NCBI GenBank assembly: GCA_963555755.3 | Contig: OY820905.2 | Span: 2,336,001 to 2,400,000 of the forward strand | Direction of reading: 5' to 3' | Source: Nitrospirales bacterium | Lineage (GTDB): Bacteria > Nitrospirota > Nitrospiria > Nitrospirales > UBA8639 | DNA: 64,000 nucleotides | Shown here: in pieces, positions 42,871 through 53,614 of the stretch | Position numbering within the stretch: the first letter of the stretch is position 1 | How the letters are laid out: each line of letters begins with the position of its first letter | Position numbers and translations under genes: made by a program | The notes under the pieces: generated by a model | Told to the model about the DNA's origin: nothing | Database searches by the model: none | What the model saw: the letters and a program-made list of their open reading frames with translations, nothing else

Positions 42871-43236
42871 GGGCCTGTTGAATGTTTTCATGCCCAGATC
42901 CCATAAATGCGCCAGGAAATGCGACCAACATCAGTGAGAGGGAATGTTCAAAAAAGCATGCCCTGAGTCTTTCCGAAGGGTCCGCTTGCCAGCCGAAGCC
43001 GCTTCGGCGAAGGCTGGTCCAGTCCTGTCCTGAGCAGAGTCGAAGGAAAGGCCGCAGTCCTTCCCGGCCTTCGTAGCTCACTTCGGCGGAGTAGGCTTGA
43101 CGCGCGTAGCATACTCTCAGTACGTGAGCACGGCAAAAGGGCGACCTGCCTGCGCGAAGCCGCTCCGGCAGGCAAGGAACGCGCTGGCTTGTCAGCCGTA
43201 GCTTTAGCGAAAGCTGGCGGCGTTTTCAACATTCCC
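42871..43236 (+). repeat. Long family B MITE with about six short hairpin inserts; contains the empty IS110 target
   Basis: 5-bp TSD TATAT; alignment to the 1229 and 18320 copies. Confidence 0.85.
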
Positions 43237-43321
43237 TATATACATCATTCACTTCCTCAGGAATGCTGAGGGGGAGAATGCAGGGGGTTCGTTTCCTGTT
43301 CAAGTCGATGACACCCATGAA

Positions 43322-43813
43322 ATGGGTATTTTGAATGAGAACACCGTTAAAGACCTATCGTGCAACTGTAACGGGACAGCAGTGATACAATACAATTTTT
43401 TGATGGTAGATTTTGACATGCTCAATGGTCCCACCAGGCAGATACCTGGTACGCAACATTCTCACGAGAACATCCCCGACCTTGACGAAGAGCCAGAGTG
43501 GATGAAATTGAGTACGGTCTGTCCTGCACCTGCCGGTCGCGTGTGTATTCGAGATCCTCGTGCCTGGCATGGAGGAGGTACACCTAATCTTTCCCATGAG
43601 GTTCGTGCTTTTCCAAACATGAAATACTATGCACCCTGGTTCAAGGAACCTATGCCTCTCTCCATGCCGAGGAAAATATACCACGGCCTGTCACAGCATG
43701 GACCATGGATTTCCAGGTACATCGTGGCAGACCAGGGCGAAGAAATAGATACCGGCTTCAGGAAAAATCCGGGTGGTACACCGCTGACCTCCAAAAGCAG
43801 GCCGTCCCCATGA
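43322..43813 (+). pseudogene. Phytanoyl-CoA dioxygenase (PhyH)-like, probably N-terminally truncated
   Basis: NGPTRQIPGTQH, IRDPRAWHGG.TPN. Confidence 0.55.
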
Positions 43814-43868
43814 AACGCACGTATGCCGGGTCATGTCACTGCGGAAACATTAAAGACCGGGACCCAAA

Positions 43869-45383
43869 TTGAAACGTGTCTCGGCTCGAAACAGGTCCGC
43901 AGTGCTTGGTCTGATCACCTGCGTTGTCGCCTCGGTGATCATCTGGCACACACGACCAATGGATGTGCAGGGCCACTATGGCCTCTGGTCTTTGTTGCCC
44001 GCTGCAGTAACGATCACTATCTGTTTTGTCACACGGAACGTATTGCTTGCCCTGCTGCTGGGTATCTTCACCGGCGGCCTCTTAATTGGTCGCCTGAATA
44101 TTATCGATGCGTTTCTCGTGCCGAGCCTGGGGAGTGAAAGATATGCCCAGATACTTCTCGTGTATCTGTGGGCACTCGGCGGGCTTTTAGGCCTGTGGAA
44201 TCACAATGGTGGGGCACGCCACTTTGCCAAAACCATGGCGGCTCGATTTGTGCGTTCGAGGATTTCGGCCAAGGTCTTCGCCTGGATCATGGGCATCATA
44301 TTTCATCAGGGAGGAACCATCAGCACTGTGCTAACCGGGACAACCGTTAAGCCGGTTTCTGATAAACACCATGTTGGTCACGAAGAACTCGCGTATGTGG
44401 TGGATTCCACGGCATCACCAATTGCCACCATCATTCCCTTTAATGTCTGGCCGATCTACGTCGCTGGATTGATTACCATCGAGCCACTGGCCGGACTTGT
44501 TGATTCTGAAGCGGATGCCATTGCGCTTTTCCTTCAAGCTATCCCTTTTAATTTTTATGCGTGGGTTGCGGTGGGCATGACGTTGTTGTTTGCCATGGAT
44601 CGACTGCCACTCTTGAATACGCCGATGCGGCGGGTCATTGACCGTGTCACATCTACCGGTGAACTGGATTTTGAACATGCGGTTCCGATGATGTCACCAG
44701 AACTGACTGAATCTCGACTTGCCGAGGGTTACACGCCGGCGATGATTGATTTCCTTGCACCCATCGGTACGCTCATGGGTTTTTGCATTGTTCCTTGGCT
44801 ACTTGGTGGTACACCTCTCGTTTTTGAGGGATTTGGGCTCGCCGTCGTGGTGGCGCTCATTGTTAGCGTGTTGCGCGGAATGTTGGTCGCTGATGCCTTC
44901 GATGCTGTCGTCACTGGTATCAAGGGCGTGACTGTTGGCGCAATTGTATTAGGGCTCGCTGTCACGTTGGCGACCGTGTCAGAGCAGCTAGGCACATCCG
45001 TTTACGTCGTGGAAGCGACATTGGATTGGCTCCAAACCCGGCCGTTTATTTTACCCAGCTTGCTGTTACTGATCTGCATGCTGGTTTCTTTTTCTATTGG
45101 CTCTTCCTGGGGCACTTACGCAGTAATTTTCCCCGTTGCACTGCCACTCGCATTCGCGCTGTCCCAGGATCCGACCTTCATCCTGCTCAGTTTTGGGGCC
45201 ATTCTCGGCGGGGGAGTGTTTGGCGACCAATGCTCTCCCGTTTCCGACACCACGATACTGTCAGCATTGGCCTGCGGCTCAGACCTGATGGATCATGTCA
45301 CGACACAGCTACCACTTGCCACTTTCGCCGCAGGAGTTTCTGCCGTTGCCTATCTGGCCCTAAGTTATATCGTCCTGGGTTGA
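43869..45383 (+). CDS. NhaC-family transporter
   Basis: ELAYVVDSTASP, GSSWGT, GGVFGDQCSPVSDTTILS, DHVTTQLP. Confidence 0.9.
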   Translation: MKRVSARNRSAVLGLITCVVASVIIWHTRPMDVQGHYGLWSLLPAAVTITICFVTRNVLLALLLGIFTGGLLIGRLNIIDAFLVPSLGSERYAQILLVYLWALGGLLGLWNHNGGARHFAKTMAARFVRSRISAKVFAWIMGIIFHQGGTISTVLTGTTVKPVSDKHHVGHEELAYVVDSTASPIATIIPFNVWPIYVAGLITIEPLAGLVDSEADAIALFLQAIPFNFYAWVAVGMTLLFAMDRLPLLNTPMRRVIDRVTSTGELDFEHAVPMMSPELTESRLAEGYTPAMIDFLAPIGTLMGFCIVPWLLGGTPLVFEGFGLAVVVALIVSVLRGMLVADAFDAVVTGIKGVTVGAIVLGLAVTLATVSEQLGTSVYVVEATLDWLQTRPFILPSLLLLICMLVSFSIGSSWGTYAVIFPVALPLAFALSQDPTFILLSFGAILGGGVFGDQCSPVSDTTILSALACGSDLMDHVTTQLPLATFAAGVSAVAYLALSYIVLG

Positions 45384-45391
45384 TGGGTTTT

Positions 45392-45655
45392 CTAGGAGCC
45401 TGTCCCAGATTAGACGAATCTACTGCGGGGGTACTGGGTGTGGCCAGATCTTCCGATCCTTTTCGGGGAATGTTGAAAAAGGCCGCCAGCTGCGTTCTCG
45501 GGCTTGCTGGACGGCCCCCCGCCTCCGCGAGGGCATGCTTTTTGAACATTCCCCGTTTTCGTTGAATAGTCCCACTATTCGCCTCACACGATCGAAACAT
45601 CTGACTCAAACCAGCACACCCTCGTCACAATTGCTCATCTCGGACAGGCTCCTAG
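45392..45655 (+). repeat. Composite family D MITE containing a deleted family B (45465-45555)
   Basis: Inverted counterpart of 36292-36610; TTTTC TSD. Confidence 0.88.
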
Positions 45656-46343
45656 CATTGATGCGCTTGGATAAACGCTGAGGGTTACCGTAGATAATTT
45701 CTTCGTTCCAGAAGACCCCTCTCCCCACAGGGGCGAGGGAGAAATACGATTTCTCCCTCTTTCCGAATGAACCATTATCATTTCGAGTAATGGAATGTTC
45801 TGTCCGTCTTACGCGTTGGGCGCGGCTGGGCTACTACCCCGAATCGACCCCTTCGGCGAGCACTGTCTGAGCGAAGAGGTGGCTTTGCACCTCAGAGCGA
45901 GTTGCGCAGCCATCATGATTCGGGGTAGTTGACGGATCATGCAGAATTTAGGGTTCTGGCAGCACAATACGATCAGGTGCACATAAATTTATGGCACTCC
46001 TCGTGGGTTATGTCGCCTCTCCTTTTGAGCGAATTGCGTCGTCTTTTATTTTTTGGTAGCTGCAGCTTCCTGGCGTCATAGCCCCTTGGTCCGTGGGAAG
46101 AGGGCACGATACGATCGTGCAGCTACACAAGAAAGAACGCTCACAGGAAGCAAAGCCATGGCCAAGAAACTCCATGTGGCCAGAATTGGATGGCGGTAGG
46201 ATAGAACCATATATTCTGTATGATCCTAGTTGACCAGGCACCCGCAGAGCCTGCCCCCGCGGAGGCGGTTTGGCGCGCGGGGACGAAACCCCCGCATTTA
46301 AAAAAAACGTTCCGTTTAAAAATGCCAAATAGGTAGGGAAAGC

Positions 46344-48722
46344 TTAACTTCCCGCTACGGTTGCCTGGTCTGCTTCGGCAACCGACTCCCTTTGATCTTT
46401 CTTGGAGAAAAATTCCCAAGCTTGGTTGGGGATGGGGAGACGGCGTTCTTCTTCTACGGCCAATCGGTAATGGGTTTTGGCGCGGGCATAATCGCCGATG
46501 CGGTGATAGAAGTCGCCAGCTTTGAGATGCGTATCTACCTTCATCGGCTCTTCGGCTTGCGCCGCCCTGACTTTGCCCTGCCATTGTCGGTATTCCCATT
46601 TGGCATGACTCCAGAGTGATTTGATCTCCGGATTTTCAGGAAATTCCTCTCGGGCTTTCTCCGCCTGTGCCACGGCTTTGGTGAGTTGATGCTGATCCAA
46701 GCAGAGACGAATCGAGAGCACGGCTTCGGATAATACGAGCCGAGATTCTGATTTTTTCTGCGCATACCTTTCCACACACCTGTGTGCCTTTTCAAACATC
46801 TGAAGATTCAGAAATCCTTCGGCGATATCTAACCAGGTCGGCGAACCATCAGGTTGCGGGAGGCGTGTTTCCAGCTCTCGCCATTGTTCAAGTCGCTGGG
46901 TGAATTCCTGGAGTTTTTCACCCAATGACGGAGCCGTTCGAGACAAGCCGCCGTAATAGCGGAGACCCCGTTCAATTTGCTTTTCATGTTTGTCTTTGGG
47001 ATCGGTGAGAGCATCAAGGGTCTCCGTGTCTTCGGCTAACTGCCGTTCGAGATCAATGTTCATCCAATGTAACAGTTCCCGTATTTTGGGATAGCGGGGA
47101 ATGAGATTCGTCAGGCGCTCGACCTTTTTACCTAACTGCTGAAATTCCTTATCGGCCACCTGGGCACGTTGCCAGCGTTCTTTCATGGTCGTCAATAATG
47201 CACAGACGTGATCACTGGTGCGCCGTACCCGAAACACGTCACGCAACCGTTCCCGCACTTCCTGCAATAGAGGCGGCCAATCGATACTCGACGATTGGCT
47301 GCGCGTATCACCTAATTGATCAATGACTCCGCCGATCGGACCTTGACAAAATTCCGCCACGGCATCTCCGAGTAAATACAGCTTCGCGCCCTCAATGGGA
47401 AGCCCGCCTTCATTCGCGTGAATGACGGTGCCAGGAAACTGCCGAATCTTCTTTTCAAGGATGGATTTATAGTTCAGAAACGTGGGATTCGTTTTTACAG
47501 TCTTCCCAAATATATCCTGGACCGGGTGTCCATTGGCCACGGTGGCGGCATTTTCACTCTCGGTCAAATAACTGCCATGTTTCACGTGCATCCCATCATC
47601 GGTATAACAGAGATCCTGGCCTGCGAGAATAATCGTGGAACACCCCATCCATTGCGCGAGATTAAACCCAACATGCACCTGGCACATGCACTCGGTATCG
47701 ATGGCACCTTTGGGCAACCAGAACTCCTGGAGCCATTGATACACCGGGATGGCCGCATCCAACGTGAATTGGGGACCGGGAAAATGCTTCGGAATGTGTG
47801 AAAATGCGGCAGGGTGAAACACCAAGGCGACTTCAGGCGGGATTTCGAATCCCTGAAATTTTCGATAGGTTTCTTTTTGCGGATCGACACTCACCACAAA
47901 ATCCGGCACGATCCCACGAAGCAGCAGATAGCCAAGAGCGGTGTCCGCGGTGATGATCACGGACCGACCTTTGGCGGCCTTCAACTGATGCACGTTTTTC
48001 TCCAGCGACGGGCCTGCGGCCACGAGTATGGCAGACATGCCCTCACATCGATTTTTTAATGCTGCCACGCCTTGGGCGAGCATGATGTGCGGAACATTGC
48101 TCAGCACGCTGTCGATAAACATCGGCCCACGGCGGATCAAGGCATTCCGTGCCGCTTTCACAATGCTTGGGATTCGGTCCAATTCCTGCTCAGCCGTCTC
48201 GCCATACGTCTCCGGGTCTAATCGAAACGCCGGTTCATAGCTGATGACCCGTAACGTGCCGTCGGTCTGCCCGACAAACTTCGTGCAGCAATCTCGAAGC
48301 TTCCCCTCTCTCCCCACAACCAGCTTCACTCGTGGTGAGTCGAGAATTTCCGTCAGATCGACTTCTCGCAAGGCCGTAAGAAAAATTGCCGGATCGGCCT
48401 CGTACACAATCAGCCGCGAGTGCACATCCAACCGACGAACTACGGCCAGTGCGAAATACCCCAACTCCAACCCTAACGAAACCGTGACACCCTGAAGCGA
48501 AGCCGCCATTCGCTCGACCGTGCCCTCTGCCACGCTTAACGGATCTTGTGGATCATGCAGTTCAATGATCTCCCCAGCTGAACTGCGAACGACCAACCGC
48601 GGGGTGCCAGTCGATGTCAGTTCGACTTGAATATGGTCGGTAGAAATCGTTTGGGTAGTCAGATCCACCAACTCCGGGTGATGCACCTTCAATGCGTCCA
48701 CGTTCTTCTCATAGATGGTCAT
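46344..48722 (-). CDS. Maf / DUF115 (motility-associated factor) glycosyltransferase-like protein with C-terminal TPR-like repeats
   Basis: AAGPSLEKN, GIVPDFVVSVDP, IILAGQDLCY. Confidence 0.85.
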   Translation of the reverse strand: MTIYEKNVDALKVHHPELVDLTTQTISTDHIQVELTSTGTPRLVVRSSAGEIIELHDPQDPLSVAEGTVERMAASLQGVTVSLGLELGYFALAVVRRLDVHSRLIVYEADPAIFLTALREVDLTEILDSPRVKLVVGREGKLRDCCTKFVGQTDGTLRVISYEPAFRLDPETYGETAEQELDRIPSIVKAARNALIRRGPMFIDSVLSNVPHIMLAQGVAALKNRCEGMSAILVAAGPSLEKNVHQLKAAKGRSVIITADTALGYLLLRGIVPDFVVSVDPQKETYRKFQGFEIPPEVALVFHPAAFSHIPKHFPGPQFTLDAAIPVYQWLQEFWLPKGAIDTECMCQVHVGFNLAQWMGCSTIILAGQDLCYTDDGMHVKHGSYLTESENAATVANGHPVQDIFGKTVKTNPTFLNYKSILEKKIRQFPGTVIHANEGGLPIEGAKLYLLGDAVAEFCQGPIGGVIDQLGDTRSQSSSIDWPPLLQEVRERLRDVFRVRRTSDHVCALLTTMKERWQRAQVADKEFQQLGKKVERLTNLIPRYPKIRELLHWMNIDLERQLAEDTETLDALTDPKDKHEKQIERGLRYYGGLSRTAPSLGEKLQEFTQRLEQWRELETRLPQPDGSPTWLDIAEGFLNLQMFEKAHRCVERYAQKKSESRLVLSEAVLSIRLCLDQHQLTKAVAQAEKAREEFPENPEIKSLWSHAKWEYRQWQGKVRAAQAEEPMKVDTHLKAGDFYHRIGDYARAKTHYRLAVEEERRLPIPNQAWEFFSKKDQRESVAEADQATVAGS

Positions 48723-48866
48723 AAGCCTCAGAACCTTTCGTTAGGTATTGTGGGAAGCGAGAGATCCAAAATCTAGCATTACGTATTTACAACTAATCCA
48801 ATTTTTATACATGAAACTGAGCCGTTCTCCGACAGCACAATGGCAAAGAGCTCCTGCTAAAATATA

Positions 48867-48883
48867 TTCAACAGTTGTGCCAA
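48867..48883 (-). promoter_or_regulatory. Possible sigma-54 promoter upstream of the maf-like gene
   Basis: TTGGCAC-AACTG-TTGAA; imperfect -12 element. Confidence 0.35.
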
Positions 48884-49011
48884 AGTGCGCTTGGATCCCC
48901 GAACACCTCATTCGCTTGATTTTGCAGCAGTTTTGTTGTCACGCACTCCCTGTCCTCAATCAATTTCTTCCGTGTAGGTTTCCCTGCACTGGGCAATGCT
49001 TTCCCAGCTGA

Positions 49012-49131
49012 GGGACTGTTCAAACTGGCCACCAGCGGCGTTCTCGGACCTTTGTCGTCCTCACGTACTCAGCGTACGCTCCGGGCGCCAAAGGCCCTGC
49101 GGCCTTGCTGGAGGCCAGTTTGAACAGTCCC
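49012..49131 (-). repeat. Family B MITE
   Basis: GGGACTGTTCAAACTGGCC...GGCCAGTTTGAACAGTCCC. Confidence 0.85.
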
Positions 49132-49200
49132 TGTATCCAAGGGGCATCTCACCCACTCGTTACCTTGACAAGCAAAGAAAGCTGGTGCTACGTCCTGGGC

Positions 49201-49971
49201 ATGCTGCAATCCGTTGAAAAAACCGTGGGCGCACCGGAAGGGAAGACCGTTTCGCAATGGTCGGGTACTCCACGAGAGCAAGCCGTTCAACGAATGTTCA
49301 GCGCGATTGCACGCAGCTACGACCTGAATAATTCGCTACTCAGCTTTGGGTTACATCACCATTGGAAGCGTCGGGCGATCGAGCTGGTGCCGGAATGTGC
49401 ACAGGCTGGACGAGCCTTGGATCTCGGAGCAGGAACCGGGGATTTGGCCATTCTTCTCGATCAACGGATGGGGGCTGAGGGGAACGTGGTCGCGACGGAC
49501 TTGAACTTTGACATGCTCAAAGTCGGAGTTCAAAAAATTTCCAAGCGTGGGCTCTCTTCCCGCATCACGTGTGTACGAGGCAACGCCGAAGGCCTCGTCT
49601 TTCACACTGACACGTTCGACGCCGTGACCGCAGGATTTTGCATTCGCAACGTCGGCAACATCCCCCAAGCCTTTGCAGAAATTTATCGTGTACTCAAACC
49701 GGGCGGGCGTTTCGTGTGCCTTGAGTTTTCACGACCCATCTACTCTTGGCTACGAACCATGTACGATTGGTATTCCTTTCACCTCCTTCCAAAAATCGGA
49801 AGATGGGTCGCACGAGACCACACCGATGTCTATGAATATTTGCCGGCATCCATCCGCGCGTTCCCCAATCAAGAACGTCTGGCCACCATGCTTCGACAAG
49901 CCAACTTCTCACACGTGGAATATCGCAATCTGACTGGCGGCATTGTGGCCATTCATATCGCGGTCAAATAA
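49201..49971 (+). CDS. ubiE: UbiE/MenG quinone C-methyltransferase
   Basis: MFSAIARSYDLNN..LSFGLH..W, LDLGAGTGD, RVLKPGG, YLPASI..FP. Confidence 0.92.
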   Translation: MLQSVEKTVGAPEGKTVSQWSGTPREQAVQRMFSAIARSYDLNNSLLSFGLHHHWKRRAIELVPECAQAGRALDLGAGTGDLAILLDQRMGAEGNVVATDLNFDMLKVGVQKISKRGLSSRITCVRGNAEGLVFHTDTFDAVTAGFCIRNVGNIPQAFAEIYRVLKPGGRFVCLEFSRPIYSWLRTMYDWYSFHLLPKIGRWVARDHTDVYEYLPASIRAFPNQERLATMLRQANFSHVEYRNLTGGIVAIHIAVK

Positions 49972-49976
49972 GATCA

Positions 49977-51605
49977 ATGGACTCCGTCCTTTACGTATTT
50001 CTCCCGTGCAAAAAGGTATACCCGACCGGGATCACCTACCTCGCCGACTTTATTCATCGCCGCCGCCCTGACGTTCGTCAACGCATCGTGGATCTCTCCC
50101 TCTACCCACGGTCTGAACGCCAACGAATTCTCCGAGAGACGGCTGCTGAGTTCAAACCTGAACTCGTGTGTTTCTCCTGGCGCGACATTCAAATTTTTTC
50201 TCCGCATGAAGGCGATGCGTCTTTGGAGCATGCGTTTAATTTTTACTACTCCAGCAATCCGCTCAAGCGAATCGTTGCCTCGTTCCAAGGCTTGCAGAAT
50301 CTCTATCGCTACTATCAAGACATTCGCTCGAATCTGTCATACCCCTGGCTGATGGATAAAGAATTTCCACAGACTCGACTCATGATCGGTGGTGGCGCCT
50401 TTACCGCATTTGCCGATCAACTCATTGAAAAACTTCCCAAAGGGATCCTCGGCATTCTGGGCGAAGGGGAAGATGCCATTCTGAAGGTCCTGAACAACGA
50501 ACCCCTGACAGACGAACGATTCATCGTGCGCGAATATGGCTCCATTCAAAAAGGCACCAAGCATACTCCGGCTATGCTGGATTCCTTAACCGTTGACCTT
50601 CCCTACCTCACGTCGATTTTTCCGCAGTACCAGGAATACGTGGGCGAATGTATTGGCGTTCAAAGCAAACGCGGGTGCCCCTACGATTGTTCGTTTTGCC
50701 TGTATCCCTATATCGAAGGAAAACGTGTGCGGTATCGACCAGCGGAAAATGTGGTGAAAGATATTTCGCAGTATTATCACCAGTGGGGCGCACGACGGTT
50801 TTGGTTTACGGATGCCCAATTCATCACGGGCAAAGACGCGTACCCGCAATGCACGGAAATTTTGGAACGGATTATTAAGGAAGGGCTGGACATTGAATGG
50901 TCCGGCTATATACGGACGTCGTTGATCACGGCGGATTTTGCCAAGCTCATGGTGAAGTCTGGCGTCGGTGATTTGGAAGTGGCTATCACCGCTGGCTCGC
51001 AAAAGGTGCTGAACAGTATGCACATGGGGTTCAAACTTGAACACCTGTACGACGGATGCCGTCATCTCAGCAATGCGGGATTCAAAGGCCGCGTCATTCT
51101 CAACTACTCGCTCAACTCACCAGATGAAACCGAGGAAACCCTGCTGCAAAGCATTGAATCGTATAAAGTGGTCGCGTCGATCCTGGGCGAAGATCGAGTG
51201 TTCCCCTTAATGTTCTTCTTGGGCGTTCAACCCAACACGGATTTGGAGCAACGCTTGCTGTCCGAAGGCTATCTCTCGGCGGGCTATAATCCACTGAGCC
51301 TCACCCCTTGGAATATCAAAAAATTGCTGTACAACCCTGCGCCCTTAAACAAACTTATCGCCAAAGCCTGCCTCACGGCATGGGATCGGAAACACGGCAG
51401 CCGCGACCCTCGCAAATGGACCGGCAGCCTCAGCCAAAGCGCCACACAAGATCATGGACACAAATATGCAGACCAAAGTCTCGCCAAAGGCTTCGAAACC
51501 AATTCCGGACGCGATGCCCTTCTCACCCTTGAGGAAATCCTTCGGTCGAGAAAACTTAAAACCGACTCACCTGCCACCTCAGCCCCTACACACACAAATT
51601 CCTAA
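49977..51605 (+). CDS. B12-binding radical SAM protein
   Basis: KRGCPYDCSFCLYPYIEG; N-terminal cobalamin-binding-like region. Confidence 0.88.
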   Translation: MDSVLYVFLPCKKVYPTGITYLADFIHRRRPDVRQRIVDLSLYPRSERQRILRETAAEFKPELVCFSWRDIQIFSPHEGDASLEHAFNFYYSSNPLKRIVASFQGLQNLYRYYQDIRSNLSYPWLMDKEFPQTRLMIGGGAFTAFADQLIEKLPKGILGILGEGEDAILKVLNNEPLTDERFIVREYGSIQKGTKHTPAMLDSLTVDLPYLTSIFPQYQEYVGECIGVQSKRGCPYDCSFCLYPYIEGKRVRYRPAENVVKDISQYYHQWGARRFWFTDAQFITGKDAYPQCTEILERIIKEGLDIEWSGYIRTSLITADFAKLMVKSGVGDLEVAITAGSQKVLNSMHMGFKLEHLYDGCRHLSNAGFKGRVILNYSLNSPDETEETLLQSIESYKVVASILGEDRVFPLMFFLGVQPNTDLEQRLLSEGYLSAGYNPLSLTPWNIKKLLYNPAPLNKLIAKACLTAWDRKHGSRDPRKWTGSLSQSATQDHGHKYADQSLAKGFETNSGRDALLTLEEILRSRKLKTDSPATSAPTHTNS

Positions 51606-51737
51606 ACCTTCTCTCTTCCTCTAAACAGGGGACAGAGGACTTTCGGGTCAGTTTTTGGGCCAGACTCAAATAAAATAGCGAATCCTTTTACGTATGAGAT
51701 ACGGTGATCGTTTAATCGAGTCTGACCCCTAATTAAT

Positions 51738-51776
51738 TAAAAAAACGGCCCACCGGAGGATTCCGAGTGGGCCGTT
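51738..51776 (-). terminator. Rho-independent terminator (minus strand)
   Basis: AACGGCCCAC...GTGGGCCGTT with an A run on the plus strand. Confidence 0.75.
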
Positions 51777-51915
51777 CACCAAAAGGAGGAGACGCCATGT
51801 GAGTTCACTATCTCCCAGATTCTGGATTCAGGCTATGCGTCAGATGACGTAGTACAAATGGGGAAGGAAACCGGACTGAGCATTTTGATTGTGTTGGGAT
51901 CAGGGCAAGCGGCTT

Positions 51916-53337
51916 TCACAATTTTCGACCTTGTGAAACAGGCCTTTCCACACCACTCACCTCTGTGGGAGGCTCGATCGAAAAACCGCTGTCGTGAAGC
52001 TGATAGGTCCCCACGGCATGGGCAGCCAACAGCAATACTCCCGATAGACACACCATGGAAATCGTCAACGAATTCATTTGTATGAATCCCAAACGACATT
52101 TCCGCAATTGATAGCTAACCCACGACATGACAGCCAACGTCAAGCCGAAAAAAGGGAACCATGCCTGATGTGTCCATTTTTCTGGATCACCAGTACTCAC
52201 GGCGCCCAACATCCCGACGATAAACCACATGATTCCAAACGTGACCGGACGTAATTCTTTTGTGTGTGAACTTGCCCATACCATTCGACCCAAGAGGACA
52301 ATACAGAACATCCCGGCGAGAAAGCGCGGATCAAATATGGAAAGTGGAATATCCCATACGATATCTTCGGTCATCACAAAGGGAATACAGAAGCGTTGCA
52401 CGTAGTGCAGCCAAAGAAACGGTTGGAGCAAAAGCGCATCGGCAATGTTGCCTCTACCCATTTCCTGTAAGGGGGTCACGCTATCAAGAAACAACAACAG
52501 CGCCATCCCCGTGAGAAAAGCCGGAAGGACTTTGCCCAGAGCATGTCGAATTTTTGGCCATGCGTTGGCTGAGCATAATTCTCGGCAAGAAAGCCTTTTC
52601 TCAAATAACAGCACATAGACCAACAGCAGTGGAATAAACAGCACACCCAAGGGATGAGCCAGAGTTCCAAGCATCATGGGAAGAAGATACAGGTGCGAAT
52701 GACGCCAGGTGGGCAGGCAACCATACAACAAAAAACTTCCGACCACCCCAAGCGTGGCGAGCAAACTGGCTCGCGAGGAGATTTGGCTCAGCATTTCAGC
52801 ATTCGCGATATGCACACAACACAGCAAGGCTGCCACGAGGGCGACGTACGTATTTGACCAATGCCTGCCCGCTCGATCAAGGAAGAACTGACCTACCACT
52901 GCGAAACCCATGCCGAGGAACACAACCAAGATAAATTGCGTGAGATGAAATTGCCAGGGATCCAGACCACCGGCTATCCAATAATCCCACGCAAACGACA
53001 AAGATACCAACGGTCGATACGGGACATCAGCCGGAATGCTCAAGACATCTCGAGGATTCGAAAACAATTGAGGAATCGATTCGAGACTTTGAATGTACAG
53101 GTTGTCTCGAATGACCTGGCGATCTCCAAACTGGAAGGATTGGTGAAGAAAATTGGAATAGGCAGCGATAAGTAACACCACAGCCGCCAGGGATGCCCAG
53201 AGAACCCCGATATTTTCATGTGGCTTCTTCTGAGATGAACCGGAAGGGTGAGCGGATTGAACCTCCATGAGAATGAATATGCTTTGGTCTTTCAAAGGGT
53301 TAACAAAATCTCGGAAGAGGTGCGATATACACATCAA
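51916..53337 (-). CDS. TMTC-like GT-C membrane protein without a TPR tail
   Basis: FQFGD...I..N..I, YRPLVSLSFAWDY, FHLTQ; many TM segments. Confidence 0.7.
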   Translation of the reverse strand: MMCISHLFRDFVNPLKDQSIFILMEVQSAHPSGSSQKKPHENIGVLWASLAAVVLLIAAYSNFLHQSFQFGDRQVIRDNLYIQSLESIPQLFSNPRDVLSIPADVPYRPLVSLSFAWDYWIAGGLDPWQFHLTQFILVVFLGMGFAVVGQFFLDRAGRHWSNTYVALVAALLCCVHIANAEMLSQISSRASLLATLGVVGSFLLYGCLPTWRHSHLYLLPMMLGTLAHPLGVLFIPLLLVYVLLFEKRLSCRELCSANAWPKIRHALGKVLPAFLTGMALLLFLDSVTPLQEMGRGNIADALLLQPFLWLHYVQRFCIPFVMTEDIVWDIPLSIFDPRFLAGMFCIVLLGRMVWASSHTKELRPVTFGIMWFIVGMLGAVSTGDPEKWTHQAWFPFFGLTLAVMSWVSYQLRKCRLGFIQMNSLTISMVCLSGVLLLAAHAVGTYQLHDSGFSIEPPTEVSGVERPVSQGRKL

Positions 53338-53614
53338 TCATGCACATGCATGCCGGCCAAGACACTAGTCTCCAATTGCCAGAATGACTAGACTCGATGA
53401 AGACTGACATTACCTGAGACAGATTGACTTCCTCGTGGTAAACCGGCGCAACGACTGTGACAGAGTGGGGTCTCCCCTATTTCTCACGCTATTTCATCTC
53501 CCATGATAGCAATTCAGGTTACATCCGCCATATACGCAAAATTCCTACTTCCCTCAATAGGAGCATTCCTCGGAAAGTATTTCCCAGATCCAAAAACCCC
53601 GCCTGTAAAGCTAC

